Assembly: GCA_024680435.1 (NCBI GenBank)
Contig: JAILCK010000001.1
Span: 1 to 62,834 of the forward strand
DNA: 62,834 nucleotides
Source: Lachnospiraceae bacterium
Lineage (GTDB): Bacteria > Bacillota > Clostridia > Lachnospirales > Lachnospiraceae
Direction: 5' to 3'
Part shown: positions 18,208 to 29,121 of the stretch, in pieces
Layout of the letters: each line of letters starts with the position of its first letter
Position numbering within the stretch: the first letter of the stretch is position 1
The notes under the pieces: generated by a model
The model's database searches: none
Told to the model about the DNA's origin: nothing
What the model saw: only the letters and a program-made list of their open reading frames with translations
Translations under genes and position numbers: made by a program

Positions 18208-19097
18208 AAGAAAAGACCTTTCTTTCCGGATTTAAAACTCATATTCTTGATTGCAGTTTCAACTACGGGGCGTGCAAGGTCAGACCACTGTGAAAGAACG
18301 GTCTTCTTATCTTCGCCGTTTGCAAGTTGCATAATTGAAATGATAACTTCCGGAATTGCACTTACACTAGACTTCGGAATTACAGCAACTTTTCCGCTCA
18401 TTATAGAAGAAAAGTTAAGAGGAACAACTCCGTTATTGTTTAAATGTATATGAAATACCTGATACTTTTCAGAAGCCATCTCGTAAAGCTCCTTAGAAGT
18501 AAATCCAGCCGCACCATCCTTAAATATGTTTGCTATATAGGCGCCCTTTACATCCTTATGTACATCCGCATCACCTATTGTAAAAAGAAAACCTTTCTTT
18601 TCATGCTTGTCATATGAATCTATACGAGTGTGCTTTGCCGCAAAATACCACAAAAGCTCAAAGTCTTCGGGTGAGTCTCCCCCGTTTCCTTCCATCCATA
18701 AAGCAAAGAGCTGCTCAGCAATTCTTATGTCAGATTCAAACTGCGTAACCTGTAAAGGAGCTCTGTCGGTGACGTCACCGATAGCCGCAAACATAAGTTG
18801 AGGGTCGTCAATTGGCTTACTTGCATATATTTTAAGCATTGTTTCGTTAAGTCCGTTTTTAGCAATTTCTTCTGACAAATATCCCATGGACCCTGTTGTA
18901 TCAAGACCGATGATGACAGGTGTTGAATGAGGATGCTCTTCAGAGTCCATTGATTCTCTTACATCAATAAACTTTGGATCAAAGCGCTCCTCCATTGATC
19001 TGCTTTTAAAAATCTGTGAAACATCCGATGTTTCTGTAATCTTTGCACTTGCCTTTAATCTGCTCCAGTCAGAACTTCTGTAACTACCGTATCCCAT
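18204..19097 (-). CDS. von Willebrand factor A (MIDAS) domain protein
   Basis: PVIIGLDTTGSMG (DxTxS MIDAS variant), LMFAAIGD, GNGGDSPE, FLFTIGD; AAGGAG RBS. Confidence 0.8.
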   Translation of the reverse strand: MGYGSYRSSDWSRLKASAKITETSDVSQIFKSRSMEERFDPKFIDVRESMDSEEHPHSTPVIIGLDTTGSMGYLSEEIAKNGLNETMLKIYASKPIDDPQLMFAAIGDVTDRAPLQVTQFESDIRIAEQLFALWMEGNGGDSPEDFELLWYFAAKHTRIDSYDKHEKKGFLFTIGDADVHKDVKGAYIANIFKDGAAGFTSKELYEMASEKYQVFHIHLNNNGVVPLNFSSIMSGKVAVIPKSSVSAIPEVIISIMQLANGEDKKTVLSQWSDLARPVVETAIKNMSFKSGKKGLFF

Positions 19098-19108
19098 AAC
19101 GTACTCCT

Positions 19109-20005
19109 TTATTTTCCAAATTTGTGAAAGTGTCTTCCACCGAGACCTTTTTCAATTATATTGTCCCAGTATTCAAAGTCTTTAAACGCATCAATCTTAG
19201 ATGCTTCATTAAGAAACTCTTTAAACGCTTTAGGCGTATCCTCAAATCCGCTTCCGAGAAGTTTCTTTGCTGTTTTCCTTATATCTTTTAAATCGGATGA
19301 CTTATTATAAGGGCTCATGTCACACATTTTCCACCAGCCCCCAAGAAGAGATGCTTCATGGGTCTTTGGATTAATGAAAATTGTTTCAGGGTCAATAAGT
19401 CCGTGAACCGCATCGTTATATTCCATTAAGCAGGCTATGTTTTCAAGCCTTGAAACTATCCATGCCGTATCTTCCCAGGATAGATTGCCAAAAAGAGGGA
19501 GGGGATATAATCCTTCATCCTTGGAAACTGCCCAAAGTAAACTTCCGTCAATCAACCTGTAAGTTCCCTTTGACTGAGGTATACATTTAGCCAGTGATTT
19601 CATATCAGCCTGTGGAAAAGTAATCTTTGAAATGTTTTTTAAGCTTTTTTCATGCAATGAAACTTTATCTTTAGGGAAAACGTATATAATGCTGTCCTTT
19701 GCCACATACATTTTAACGCCTTCAAGCTCACTTTCATAAATGAACCTGATTCTAATTTCGCTCTCATCTTCTGCCACAAAGGTAACAGAATCGGCTCCGT
19801 TCCAAAGGTACTCATAATCCGATGCTTTGGCACTGTCATTTGATACAGCGGCCAGATACTCAAGCATTCTGTGTCTAAAAACCTTATAACCTTCAAGCTC
19901 TTTATCGCTCAGATTATGCTTTGCGCCGCAATACGGGCATACAAGCTCTCCTGTATAAGAAACAGTCATCTCCCCTGCGCAATTCGCACACTTAAAAGAA
20001 ATCAT
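19109..20005 (-). CDS. Zn-ribbon plus protein-kinase-like (probably pseudokinase) domain protein
   Basis: N-terminal CANC...CPYCG; C-terminal WIVSRLENIACLMEYNDAVHGLIDPETIFINPKTHEASLLGGWW resembles kinase helix E, catalytic loop and DFG region without the catalytic Asp residues. Confidence 0.6.
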   Translation of the reverse strand: MISFKCANCAGEMTVSYTGELVCPYCGAKHNLSDKELEGYKVFRHRMLEYLAAVSNDSAKASDYEYLWNGADSVTFVAEDESEIRIRFIYESELEGVKMYVAKDSIIYVFPKDKVSLHEKSLKNISKITFPQADMKSLAKCIPQSKGTYRLIDGSLLWAVSKDEGLYPLPLFGNLSWEDTAWIVSRLENIACLMEYNDAVHGLIDPETIFINPKTHEASLLGGWWKMCDMSPYNKSSDLKDIRKTAKKLLGSGFEDTPKAFKEFLNEASKIDAFKDFEYWDNIIEKGLGGRHFHKFGK

Positions 20006-20032
20006 ATGGCCTCTCCTTTATTTATAACCGAA

Positions 20033-20041
20033 ATTATAACA
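20033..20041 (-). promoter_or_regulatory. Extended -10 promoter for the kinase-like/vWA/PurA-like operon
   Basis: Minus strand TGTTATAAT (TGn+TATAAT) 28 bp upstream of ATG 20005, just after the MATE terminator. Confidence 0.6.
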
Positions 20042-20042
20042 T

Positions 20043-20067
20043 AAAAAGCCTTGGAGAACCAAGGCTT
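20043..20067 (-). terminator. Intrinsic terminator after the MATE gene
   Basis: AAGCCTTGG-AGAA-CCAAGGCTT with a U-run on the minus strand. Confidence 0.7.
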
Positions 20068-20089
20068 AATAGTGTCTTCATTTATTAAA

Positions 20090-21466
20090 TTATGCAACCA
20101 AATCCTGAATCCAGATTCTCTTCTTAAGTAAGATTGCTCCCAATACAACCTTTATGACTTCGACCGATAAAACAATCGCATATAAAGGAATAATGGTAAT
20201 GGCTGTGAACCTGCTAAGCACATAGGCTACAGGCCAGCTTATAACCCAAAGGAAGGCAGAGTCAAACAAGAATGTGATAAAAGTTTTTCCTCCGGACCTT
20301 AATGTAAAGTAAGCTGCATTTAAAAATGCATGCATAGGGAAGAAAATCGCCACCGTACGCATAAGCCTTACCGAAAGGTTTCTTATATCATCCGTAGTAT
20401 TATAAAACTTAGGGAAGAGAGGTGCCAAAAACATAAGTAGCATTGCCATAGCTGCAGATGCCAAAACAGCAAGGGTAATAAGCTTTCTGTCTGTATCCAC
20501 CACTTCTTTTGTATCTCCGGATCCCAAAATCTGTCCGATGATGATTGCCACCACATTACCCATGGAAATAAGCACTACGTTAAATAAGTTTGAAATGGTG
20601 TTGGATATGTTAAATGCAGCAATTACCTGAAGTCCTCTTGTGGAGTAACATTGAGTGATTGCAGACATTCCAAGGGACCACAGAAACTCATTAAAGAAAA
20701 GAGGGCTTCCGGTCTTTATAATCTTCCAACATAATTCTCCCGGTATATAGAAACCTTTGTAAAGGCCAACGGCAAATGCGGCTCTTTCTTTGTGAGAGTG
20801 AGTCCATACCATAACAATTAATAGTTCAACGTATCTAGAAATAACCGTAGCTATCGCAGCACCCACAACTCCCATTGCAGTTACGCCAAGCTTACCAAAA
20901 ATAAAGACGTAGTTTAAAACAAGGTTTACAAATACCGCAGTAAGCCCTGCATACATAGGAACCTTGGTTTCGCCCGATTCTCTTAAAGTTCCTGCATAGG
21001 AATTGGTTAAGGCAAAAGGAAGAAGGCCTACAAGCATTACTTTTAAGTAAGACTTTGCATAACCAAGTGTAGCCATTAAGTCAAGCCCGTCACCGTTATC
21101 ATGCAAAAACCATCCTATCAATGTATTGTCAAACAGTGTGAATAAAAGGATTGAAGCAACAGAGATTACCACTGATAAAATCAATTTAAATCTCACTGTG
21201 TATCTGACGCCCTTATCATTTTTCTGGCCCACATATTGAGCTGTAAAAATACCGGGGCCGGAAATTGCTCCAAATATTGCAAGGTTGTAAACAAATATAA
21301 GCTGATTTACGATGGCCACACCGGACATTTGCTCGGTTCCTACCTGGCCCACCATGATGTTATCAAGCATGTTTACAAAGTTTGAAATCGCATTCTGAAT
21401 GACTATGGGTATAGCCACAGCCATTACCATCTTATAAAATTTTTTATCACCAAAATATTTCTTCAT
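20090..21466 (-). CDS. MATE family efflux transporter
   Basis: About 12 TMs, AIPIVIQN....VNMLDNIMVGQVG, AQYVG, LRESGETKVP, NLVLNYVFIFG, GAAIATVISR; ATG 21466 chosen. Confidence 0.92.
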   Translation of the reverse strand: MKKYFGDKKFYKMVMAVAIPIVIQNAISNFVNMLDNIMVGQVGTEQMSGVAIVNQLIFVYNLAIFGAISGPGIFTAQYVGQKNDKGVRYTVRFKLILSVVISVASILLFTLFDNTLIGWFLHDNGDGLDLMATLGYAKSYLKVMLVGLLPFALTNSYAGTLRESGETKVPMYAGLTAVFVNLVLNYVFIFGKLGVTAMGVVGAAIATVISRYVELLIVMVWTHSHKERAAFAVGLYKGFYIPGELCWKIIKTGSPLFFNEFLWSLGMSAITQCYSTRGLQVIAAFNISNTISNLFNVVLISMGNVVAIIIGQILGSGDTKEVVDTDRKLITLAVLASAAMAMLLMFLAPLFPKFYNTTDDIRNLSVRLMRTVAIFFPMHAFLNAAYFTLRSGGKTFITFLFDSAFLWVISWPVAYVLSRFTAITIIPLYAIVLSVEVIKVVLGAILLKKRIWIQDLVA

Positions 21467-21489
21467 AGCAATTGCTAATTTAACAAAGA

Positions 21490-21526
21490 AACTCGGTTGC
21501 GTCAAGATTAATGATGCAACCGAGTT
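21490..21526 (-). terminator. Hairpin/terminator after dnaJ
   Basis: AACTCGGTTGCGTCA...TGATGCAACCGAGTT inverted repeat. Confidence 0.65.
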
Positions 21527-21545
21527 ATAATTCTATAGATATGAG

Positions 21546-22706
21546 TTATTTCCAGAATTTTTTCTTCTTATCATCTGTTGAAGAATCTACTGAATTCTTT
21601 GCGGCATTTAAGGAATCTCCCGTCAAAGAATCAAACTGTTTAAGAAGTTCTTTTGCTTCATGAGAGAGCTTTTCAGGTGTCTGAACCACAAGTGTTACGT
21701 AGTGGTCGCCTCTGGTATCCGAATACCTTAATGAAGGAACACCTTTACCCTTTAACCTTACTCTTGTATCGGTCTGGGTGCCGGGCTTAACTTCGTATGC
21801 CACTCTTCCGTCAACGGTATCTATCAAAACCTCTCCTCCGAGAGCTGCTACCGCATATGAAATCGGAACGCTTGAGTAGATATTTACATCCTGACGTCTG
21901 AAAATAGGATGGTCTTGCACGATTACTTCAACAAGTAAATCTCCTCTGGGGCCACCATTGCTACCGGGCTCTCCGATTCCTCCTATTCTTACGCACTGAC
22001 CATTATCAATTCCCGCAGGAATGCTAACAGCAATTTTCTTTCTGTTTGTAACATATCCTGTACCGCCGCAATCAGCGCATTTTTCTTTAATTATCTTACC
22101 TGTTCCTCTACAATCGGGACAAGCCTGTACGTTTCTTACAGTACCAAAGAAAGATTGTGATGTATAAACCACCTGTCCTTTACCGCCACACTTAGGGCAA
22201 GTCTCGGGCCTAGTGCCGGGCTTAGCTCCTGTGCCGTGACAAGTAGGACATTCATCCTTTAAGTTAAGTTCGATTTCTTTTTCAACGCCAAATACGGCTT
22301 CAAGGAAAGAAATACGAATGGTGGTACGTAAATTTGCTCCTTGTCTTGGGCTGTTTCCTCTGGAAGAGCTTCTTCCTCTCGAACCTCCGAAGAAATCCCC
22401 GAAGAGATCTGAGAATATGTCTCCGAAATCAGCTCCGCTAAAGTCAAAGCCACCAAATCCACCGGCACCTGCGCTTCCGTCAAATGCAGAATGGCCAAAT
22501 TGATCATACTGTTTACGCTTTTCGGGATCGCTTAATACGGCATAGGCCTCGGATGCCTCTTTAAATATTGCCTCAGCTTTCTTATCCCCCGGCTTTACAT
22601 CGGGGTGGTTTTCTTTGGCAATCTTTCTGTATGCTTTTTTAAGAGTATCGGCGTCTGCATTTTTGTCAACTCCGAGTACTTCATAATAATCTCGTTTCTG
22701 TGCCAT
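21546..22706 (-). CDS. dnaJ: Chaperone DnaJ
   Basis: J domain with HPD, G/F region, four CxxCxGxG repeats. Confidence 0.98.
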   Translation of the reverse strand: MAQKRDYYEVLGVDKNADADTLKKAYRKIAKENHPDVKPGDKKAEAIFKEASEAYAVLSDPEKRKQYDQFGHSAFDGSAGAGGFGGFDFSGADFGDIFSDLFGDFFGGSRGRSSSRGNSPRQGANLRTTIRISFLEAVFGVEKEIELNLKDECPTCHGTGAKPGTRPETCPKCGGKGQVVYTSQSFFGTVRNVQACPDCRGTGKIIKEKCADCGGTGYVTNRKKIAVSIPAGIDNGQCVRIGGIGEPGSNGGPRGDLLVEVIVQDHPIFRRQDVNIYSSVPISYAVAALGGEVLIDTVDGRVAYEVKPGTQTDTRVRLKGKGVPSLRYSDTRGDHYVTLVVQTPEKLSHEAKELLKQFDSLTGDSLNAAKNSVDSSTDDKKKKFWK

Positions 22707-22760
22707 GTTTAAACTCCAAAAGTGGGGCGAGACTACTCCCGCCCCTCTTTAGCTTCTTAA

Positions 22761-24656
<1,896 letters not shown>

Positions 24657-24670
24657 CTAAAGTTAACTCT

Positions 24671-25276
24671 TTATGATACGACGGACACCATACTGTGTCT
24701 TACTACGGTGTCGTGATATGTATACCCTTTTTGTAATTCTTCGGCAACGATTCCGCTTTCAAATTCATCGCTTTCCACCTGCATTACCGCATTGTGAAGA
24801 TCGGGATTGAATTCTTTTCCTTTTGCATCGATTGCCTTAACACCAAGATTGTCAAGCTCTGTCATAAGCTGTTTATATATCTTGTTCATACCGTCTGCGA
24901 AAGAAGATGTTTTTTCTTCTTCCGAAAGTGAAGCCAAACCTCTTTCGAAGTTGTCTACAACCGGTAAAATCTTTTCTATAACATTCTTTGCTCCCATGTC
25001 AAACATTTGGGATTTTTCTTTTTCGGTACGATTTCTGAAGTTTTGAAACTCAGCAATCTGTCTTATGTTTTTATCTTCAAGATCTTTGATCTTTTCTTTT
25101 AGTTCCTCTACCTTCTTATCGCCTTTATTTTTCTTTTTGTCTTTCTTATCTCCCTCGGAAGGCTCCTTGTCTTCGCATTCAGCCTTAGCTTCGGGATTAT
25201 CGTTTACTTCTTCACAAGACTCTTTTTCAAGTTCTTCCTGTGAGAGGTCTTTCTTTTCCTCTGCCAAATTGCTCAT
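24671..25276 (-). CDS. grpE: Nucleotide exchange factor GrpE
   Basis: AEFQNFRNRTEKE, ILPVVDNFERG, FNPDLHNAV, QKGY...VVRHSMVSV. Confidence 0.96.
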   Translation of the reverse strand: MSNLAEEKKDLSQEELEKESCEEVNDNPEAKAECEDKEPSEGDKKDKKKNKGDKKVEELKEKIKDLEDKNIRQIAEFQNFRNRTEKEKSQMFDMGAKNVIEKILPVVDNFERGLASLSEEEKTSSFADGMNKIYKQLMTELDNLGVKAIDAKGKEFNPDLHNAVMQVESDEFESGIVAEELQKGYTYHDTVVRHSMVSVVS

Positions 25277-26298
25277 CCTTTCTTATATAAAGAATCTAAT
25301 TGATTCATTAGATTTTTTAAGGTTCCCACCACCTTGTCGTAGTCCATTCTCTTTGGACCCACAATTCCGATGGTTCCTTTAAGTCCTTCATCAAGCTCGT
25401 ATGTTGCGGTTACGACGCTGCAATCTTTTAAGCTCTCTATCGGGCTTTCATCACCTATATATACCTGAATACCGGTGTTCTCACCTGTCAGATTAGTAAG
25501 TGCCAATTCATTAAGCGGTTCTTTTTCTTCAAAGGTATGTAAAAGCTCAACTGCGTGATCTTTATCCGCAAGCTCCGGATATTTTAAAATGTTGTTCGCA
25601 CCGCTTGTATATATTTCCAAATCTTCATCAGAGTGAATTGCTTCAGCTACCGCATCGATAACATCCGCTACAAGCTCCGAATGAACACCTGCCATCTTTT
25701 TTAGCGAAGAAATCATTGCTAAATTGATTTCTTCAATGCTTAATCCGTTTAAGTGTGTATTAAGCAGGATATTTAACTTAAGAAGCGTCTCGTCATCCAA
25801 TTTTAGCTCTGTAGGAATGATGTGATTCTTTATCACGTTTCCTTCAGTAACGATGACTGCCAAAAGCTGATTTTCATCCACTCTTGAAAGCTGGATAAAT
25901 TTAAGCTTGTTTCTGTTATACTGAGGAGCCGAAATCATTGTGGCGTAGTTTGTGTTAACCGCCAAAACTTTTGCAACCTGCTTTAAAAGGTTATCTATCT
26001 TATCTTCCTTTTCAAGCAAAAGCTCCTTCATATCTTCAACTTCTTTTTCTTTTTCCTCCATCATCTTGTCTACATATAATCTGTAGCCTTTATCAGAAGG
26101 AATACGTCCGGCTGAAGTATGTGGCTGAATGATGTAACCCATTTCTTCAAGATCCGCCATTTCGTTACGAATCGTTGCCGAGCTTAAATTTAAATCTGTG
26201 TACTTTGAAATTGTGCGGCTTCCGACGGGCTCTCCCGTCTCAAGATAATTTCTGACAACCGCCTGTAAAATCTTTATTTTTCTTTCGTCAAGTTCCAC
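25273..26298 (-). CDS. hrcA: Heat-inducible transcription repressor HrcA
   Basis: GEPVGSRTI, SSATIRNEMADLE, HTSAGRIPSDKGYR, GPKRMDY. Confidence 0.97.
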   Translation of the reverse strand: MELDERKIKILQAVVRNYLETGEPVGSRTISKYTDLNLSSATIRNEMADLEEMGYIIQPHTSAGRIPSDKGYRLYVDKMMEEKEKEVEDMKELLLEKEDKIDNLLKQVAKVLAVNTNYATMISAPQYNRNKLKFIQLSRVDENQLLAVIVTEGNVIKNHIIPTELKLDDETLLKLNILLNTHLNGLSIEEINLAMISSLKKMAGVHSELVADVIDAVAEAIHSDEDLEIYTSGANNILKYPELADKDHAVELLHTFEEKEPLNELALTNLTGENTGIQVYIGDESPIESLKDCSVVTATYELDEGLKGTIGIVGPKRMDYDKVVGTLKNLMNQLDSLYKKG

Positions 26299-26338
26299 TT
26301 GATCACACTCTCTTGTAAAGCACGGTTACCGGGTTTTG

Positions 26339-26365
26339 TTAGCACTCTCTTTATACGAGTGCTAA
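26339..26365. promoter_or_regulatory. CIRCE operator (HrcA site)
   Basis: Perfect TTAGCACTC-N9-GAGTGCTAA upstream of hrcA. Confidence 0.98.
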
Positions 26366-26376
26366 ACTCTATTAGT

Positions 26377-26405
26377 ACAATATACCCCCTCTTAGAAAAA
26401 GTCAA
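26377..26405 (-). promoter_or_regulatory. Sigma-A promoter of the hrcA operon
   Basis: Minus strand TTGACT-17 bp-TATTGT immediately upstream of the CIRCE. Confidence 0.6.
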
Positions 26406-26443
26406 CAAAGAAAGAAGGTATAAAATATAAAAAAATAATAAAG

Positions 26444-26474
26444 AAAAAGAGCAAAAGATTTTTTCTTTTGCTCT
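26444..26474 (-). terminator. Intrinsic terminator after the patatin gene
   Basis: AGAGCAAAAGA...TCTTTTGCTCT with a U-run on the minus strand. Confidence 0.6.
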
Positions 26475-26485
26475 AAGATTTTTGC

Positions 26486-27334
26486 TTAATTATTTAAGTA
26501 TTCCATTATCTCTTCATATCTGTTTTCGGCTTCTTTGTATCCTTCGTTATAAAGGGCCGTAAGCTTATCGGAATCCTTTTCAAGTCTGTCGATGTAAATA
26601 TCATCAAGCGGCCTTAAAAGTATCAGTTTCTTTTCCCTTGCCTGCTTTTCAATATAATCAACAGTCTCGTTATAAACGATGTGCCTGTTCTTCATAAGCT
26701 CATAAACTTTTGGATACTTAATGTATCTTGCCTTAAAGGCTGCCAAAGCTTTTTCTTTTTCTCTTCTGTATCCTACAGGCTTAGTCATTACAACAATGTT
26801 TTTAACATTTCCATCGGCTTCACTTTTTCTAATAGGAATTGAGTCTGCCATGCCACCGTCAAGATACTTGTTTCCGTTTATTTCAACATTTCTTGAAACA
26901 AGCGGAAGAGAGCTTGAGGCTCTTACGTACTCAACATCCGTTTCCATGTCCTTTAATTTAATGTATTCGGCTTCACCGGTAACAATATTTGTAACAACGG
27001 CGTAAGCGTTTCCTTCATATTTTTTAAAGGTTTCATAGTCAAATGGGTTTAGATAATTTGGCACAAGGTCATAGCTAAAGTCTACACCGAAAATATCTCC
27101 CGTTGTAAGCAAGCTGTAGGCTCCCATGTAGCGCTTGCTTCCAAGATAATCGGTCATAGTCTCAAGCGCACGGCCTCTTTGCTTTGACACGTAGCTAGAC
27201 ATCGTGCATGCGCCTGCAGATACTCCGTAAATATTTTTAAATTCGATTCCCTTATCCAAAAAGAAATCCAAAACGCCTGCGGTGAAGACACCTTTCATGC
27301 CTCCGCCTTCAAGCACCAATCCTGCTTCAAACAT
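26486..27334 (-). CDS. Patatin-like phospholipase family protein
   Basis: LVLEGGGMKG, GVSAG (GxSxG), ASSSLP, YLDGG. Confidence 0.9.
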   Translation of the reverse strand: MFEAGLVLEGGGMKGVFTAGVLDFFLDKGIEFKNIYGVSAGACTMSSYVSKQRGRALETMTDYLGSKRYMGAYSLLTTGDIFGVDFSYDLVPNYLNPFDYETFKKYEGNAYAVVTNIVTGEAEYIKLKDMETDVEYVRASSSLPLVSRNVEINGNKYLDGGMADSIPIRKSEADGNVKNIVVMTKPVGYRREKEKALAAFKARYIKYPKVYELMKNRHIVYNETVDYIEKQAREKKLILLRPLDDIYIDRLEKDSDKLTALYNEGYKEAENRYEEIMEYLNN

Positions 27335-27359
27335 AATTTCCCCTCTCCGTTTAAAACTA

Positions 27360-28547
27360 TTATTTATATTCTTTGTTTACAAATTCTCTTAAAGCTTTTA
27401 AAGAACGCTTTACTTTTTCTGTGTCTATGCAATATGCCATTCTAAAGTATCCGGGGCATCCAAAGGAATCTGCGGGCACAAGTATTAAGTCATACTTTAA
27501 TGCTTTTTTGCAAAAAGAAACCGAATCCTCTTCCAAAGCCTTAGGGAATATATAAAATGTTCCGCCGGGCCTTACAACTTCAAATCCTAAGCTTACAAGT
27601 TCATCGTATAAAAGATTCATGTTTGTTTCATAAACCGAAAGGTCCGAAGTTAAATCTATAACCTTTGCGCATGCCTGCTGAATTATTGAAGCGGGGCAGT
27701 TGTGACCCGTTCCTCTTGAAATCTGTCCGCACATATTGATTATTGTTTCAGAATCGGGATCGGCGGGATTTGCTGCCACATATCCTATTCTTTCTCCCGG
27801 AAGAGAAAGAGATTTTGAAAAGGAATAACAAGAAAGCGTATAGTCATAGTACTTTGAAGGATAAGGGCATACCTTACCATCAAAAACGATTTCTCTGTAT
27901 GGTTCATCGGAAATAAGATAAATGTTAAATCCGTATTCCTTTGACTTTTCTTTTAATATTTTAGAGAGCTCTTTAAGGGTTTCTTCCGAATACACCACTC
28001 CCGAAGGATTGCTTGGTGTATTAATCAAAACCGCTTTTACGTTTGATGATAACTTTCTTACAAACTTATCAAAGTTAATCTGGAAAGCCTTGGTGTCAGG
28101 CTCCACCACTGTCATCTTAAGCCCTGCGCCCGTAATATATGGATTGTATTCGGGAAAGAAAGGGGCAAAGACAATTACTTCATCCCCCGGTTTTGTAACT
28201 GCTCTTAAAGCATGTGCAATTGCTCCCGCTGCTCCGGAAGTCGGAAATATGTGTGTGGGCTTATAATCAAGTCCGAATCGTCTTTTTAAAGAATCGGCAA
28301 CCGCCTTTTTAAATTCTGGATTTCCAAGGCTTGGGCTGTATCCGTGTAAAGCCATTGAGCTCTTTGAATCAATGAGTTCTTTCATCGCTTCATTAAACTC
28401 TTTAGCCGCAGGAACCGAAGGGTTACCAAGGCTATAATCAAATACATTGTCGTATCCGATTTCTTCTCCTCTTTTTGTGGCAAATTCAGAAAGCTCTCTG
28501 ATTACCGATTTTTTTGAAAGCATGTCCTTGTAAGTTTCGTTTATCAT
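27360..28547 (-). CDS. PLP-dependent class I/II aminotransferase (aspartate aminotransferase-like)
   Basis: DYSLGNP, INTPSNPSG, ISDEPYRE, SFSKSLSLPGERIGY; ATG 28547 after GGAGG. Confidence 0.9.
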   Translation of the reverse strand: MINETYKDMLSKKSVIRELSEFATKRGEEIGYDNVFDYSLGNPSVPAAKEFNEAMKELIDSKSSMALHGYSPSLGNPEFKKAVADSLKRRFGLDYKPTHIFPTSGAAGAIAHALRAVTKPGDEVIVFAPFFPEYNPYITGAGLKMTVVEPDTKAFQINFDKFVRKLSSNVKAVLINTPSNPSGVVYSEETLKELSKILKEKSKEYGFNIYLISDEPYREIVFDGKVCPYPSKYYDYTLSCYSFSKSLSLPGERIGYVAANPADPDSETIINMCGQISRGTGHNCPASIIQQACAKVIDLTSDLSVYETNMNLLYDELVSLGFEVVRPGGTFYIFPKALEEDSVSFCKKALKYDLILVPADSFGCPGYFRMAYCIDTEKVKRSLKALREFVNKEYK

Positions 28548-28595
28548 TTTTCCTCCCAAAGCAACTCATTCTCAAAGTTACTTTCCCATATATTT

Positions 28596-28624
28596 AAAAT
28601 CGGAGCGCTTGTCTTCGCTCCGAT
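28596..28624 (-). terminator. Probable intrinsic terminator after the response regulator gene
   Basis: ATCGGAGCG...CGCTCCGAT with a short U-run on the minus strand. Confidence 0.55.
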
Positions 28625-28638
28625 CAATCTGTTCTCTA

Positions 28639-29016
28639 TTACTTCACATTGTCAAGCACTTCACCCACGCGCTGTAATAACTCATCACGGGAAATTGGCT
28701 TAATAAGATACCCTTGAGGTCCTTGCGCAAGGCACTGAATAATCTTGTCTTTATCCGCAACCGATGTAAGAAACAATACCGGTATGTGCTTTGACGCCTC
28801 TCGTTTTCTGATAATCTCCATTACGTGAGGCCCGTCAAACAAAGGCATCATATAATCAAGCAAGATTAAATCGGGTGTGTGATTTATTATATAGTCAAGC
28901 GCCTGCTTTCCTGATTCGACAATTGTTACCTGATAGTCATCTTCAAGAAACATCTTTAGCAGCTTTAACATGTTTTTGTCATCGTCAACAATCAGTATGT
29001 GCTTTCTGCCCATCAA
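28639..29016 (-). CDS. Single-domain response regulator (receiver only)
   Basis: ILIVDDD, PDLILLDYMMP..DG, FLTS, YLIKP; no output domain. Confidence 0.9.
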   Translation of the reverse strand: MMGRKHILIVDDDKNMLKLLKMFLEDDYQVTIVESGKQALDYIINHTPDLILLDYMMPLFDGPHVMEIIRKREASKHIPVLFLTSVADKDKIIQCLAQGPQGYLIKPISRDELLQRVGEVLDNVK

Positions 29017-29121
29017 TTATCTACACTCACTCTCCAAATATGTTGTAGTAAGCCCCCGAGATGTCTTCCCATATGTAATAATTTATGCAATTATAGCATA
29101 TTTTAAATAACACTTGCAACC

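Noticed and set aside
17008-21545. Mobile element or genomic island with att sites
   Set aside because: No integrase or transposase, no flanking direct repeats found by eye and no obvious composition shift.
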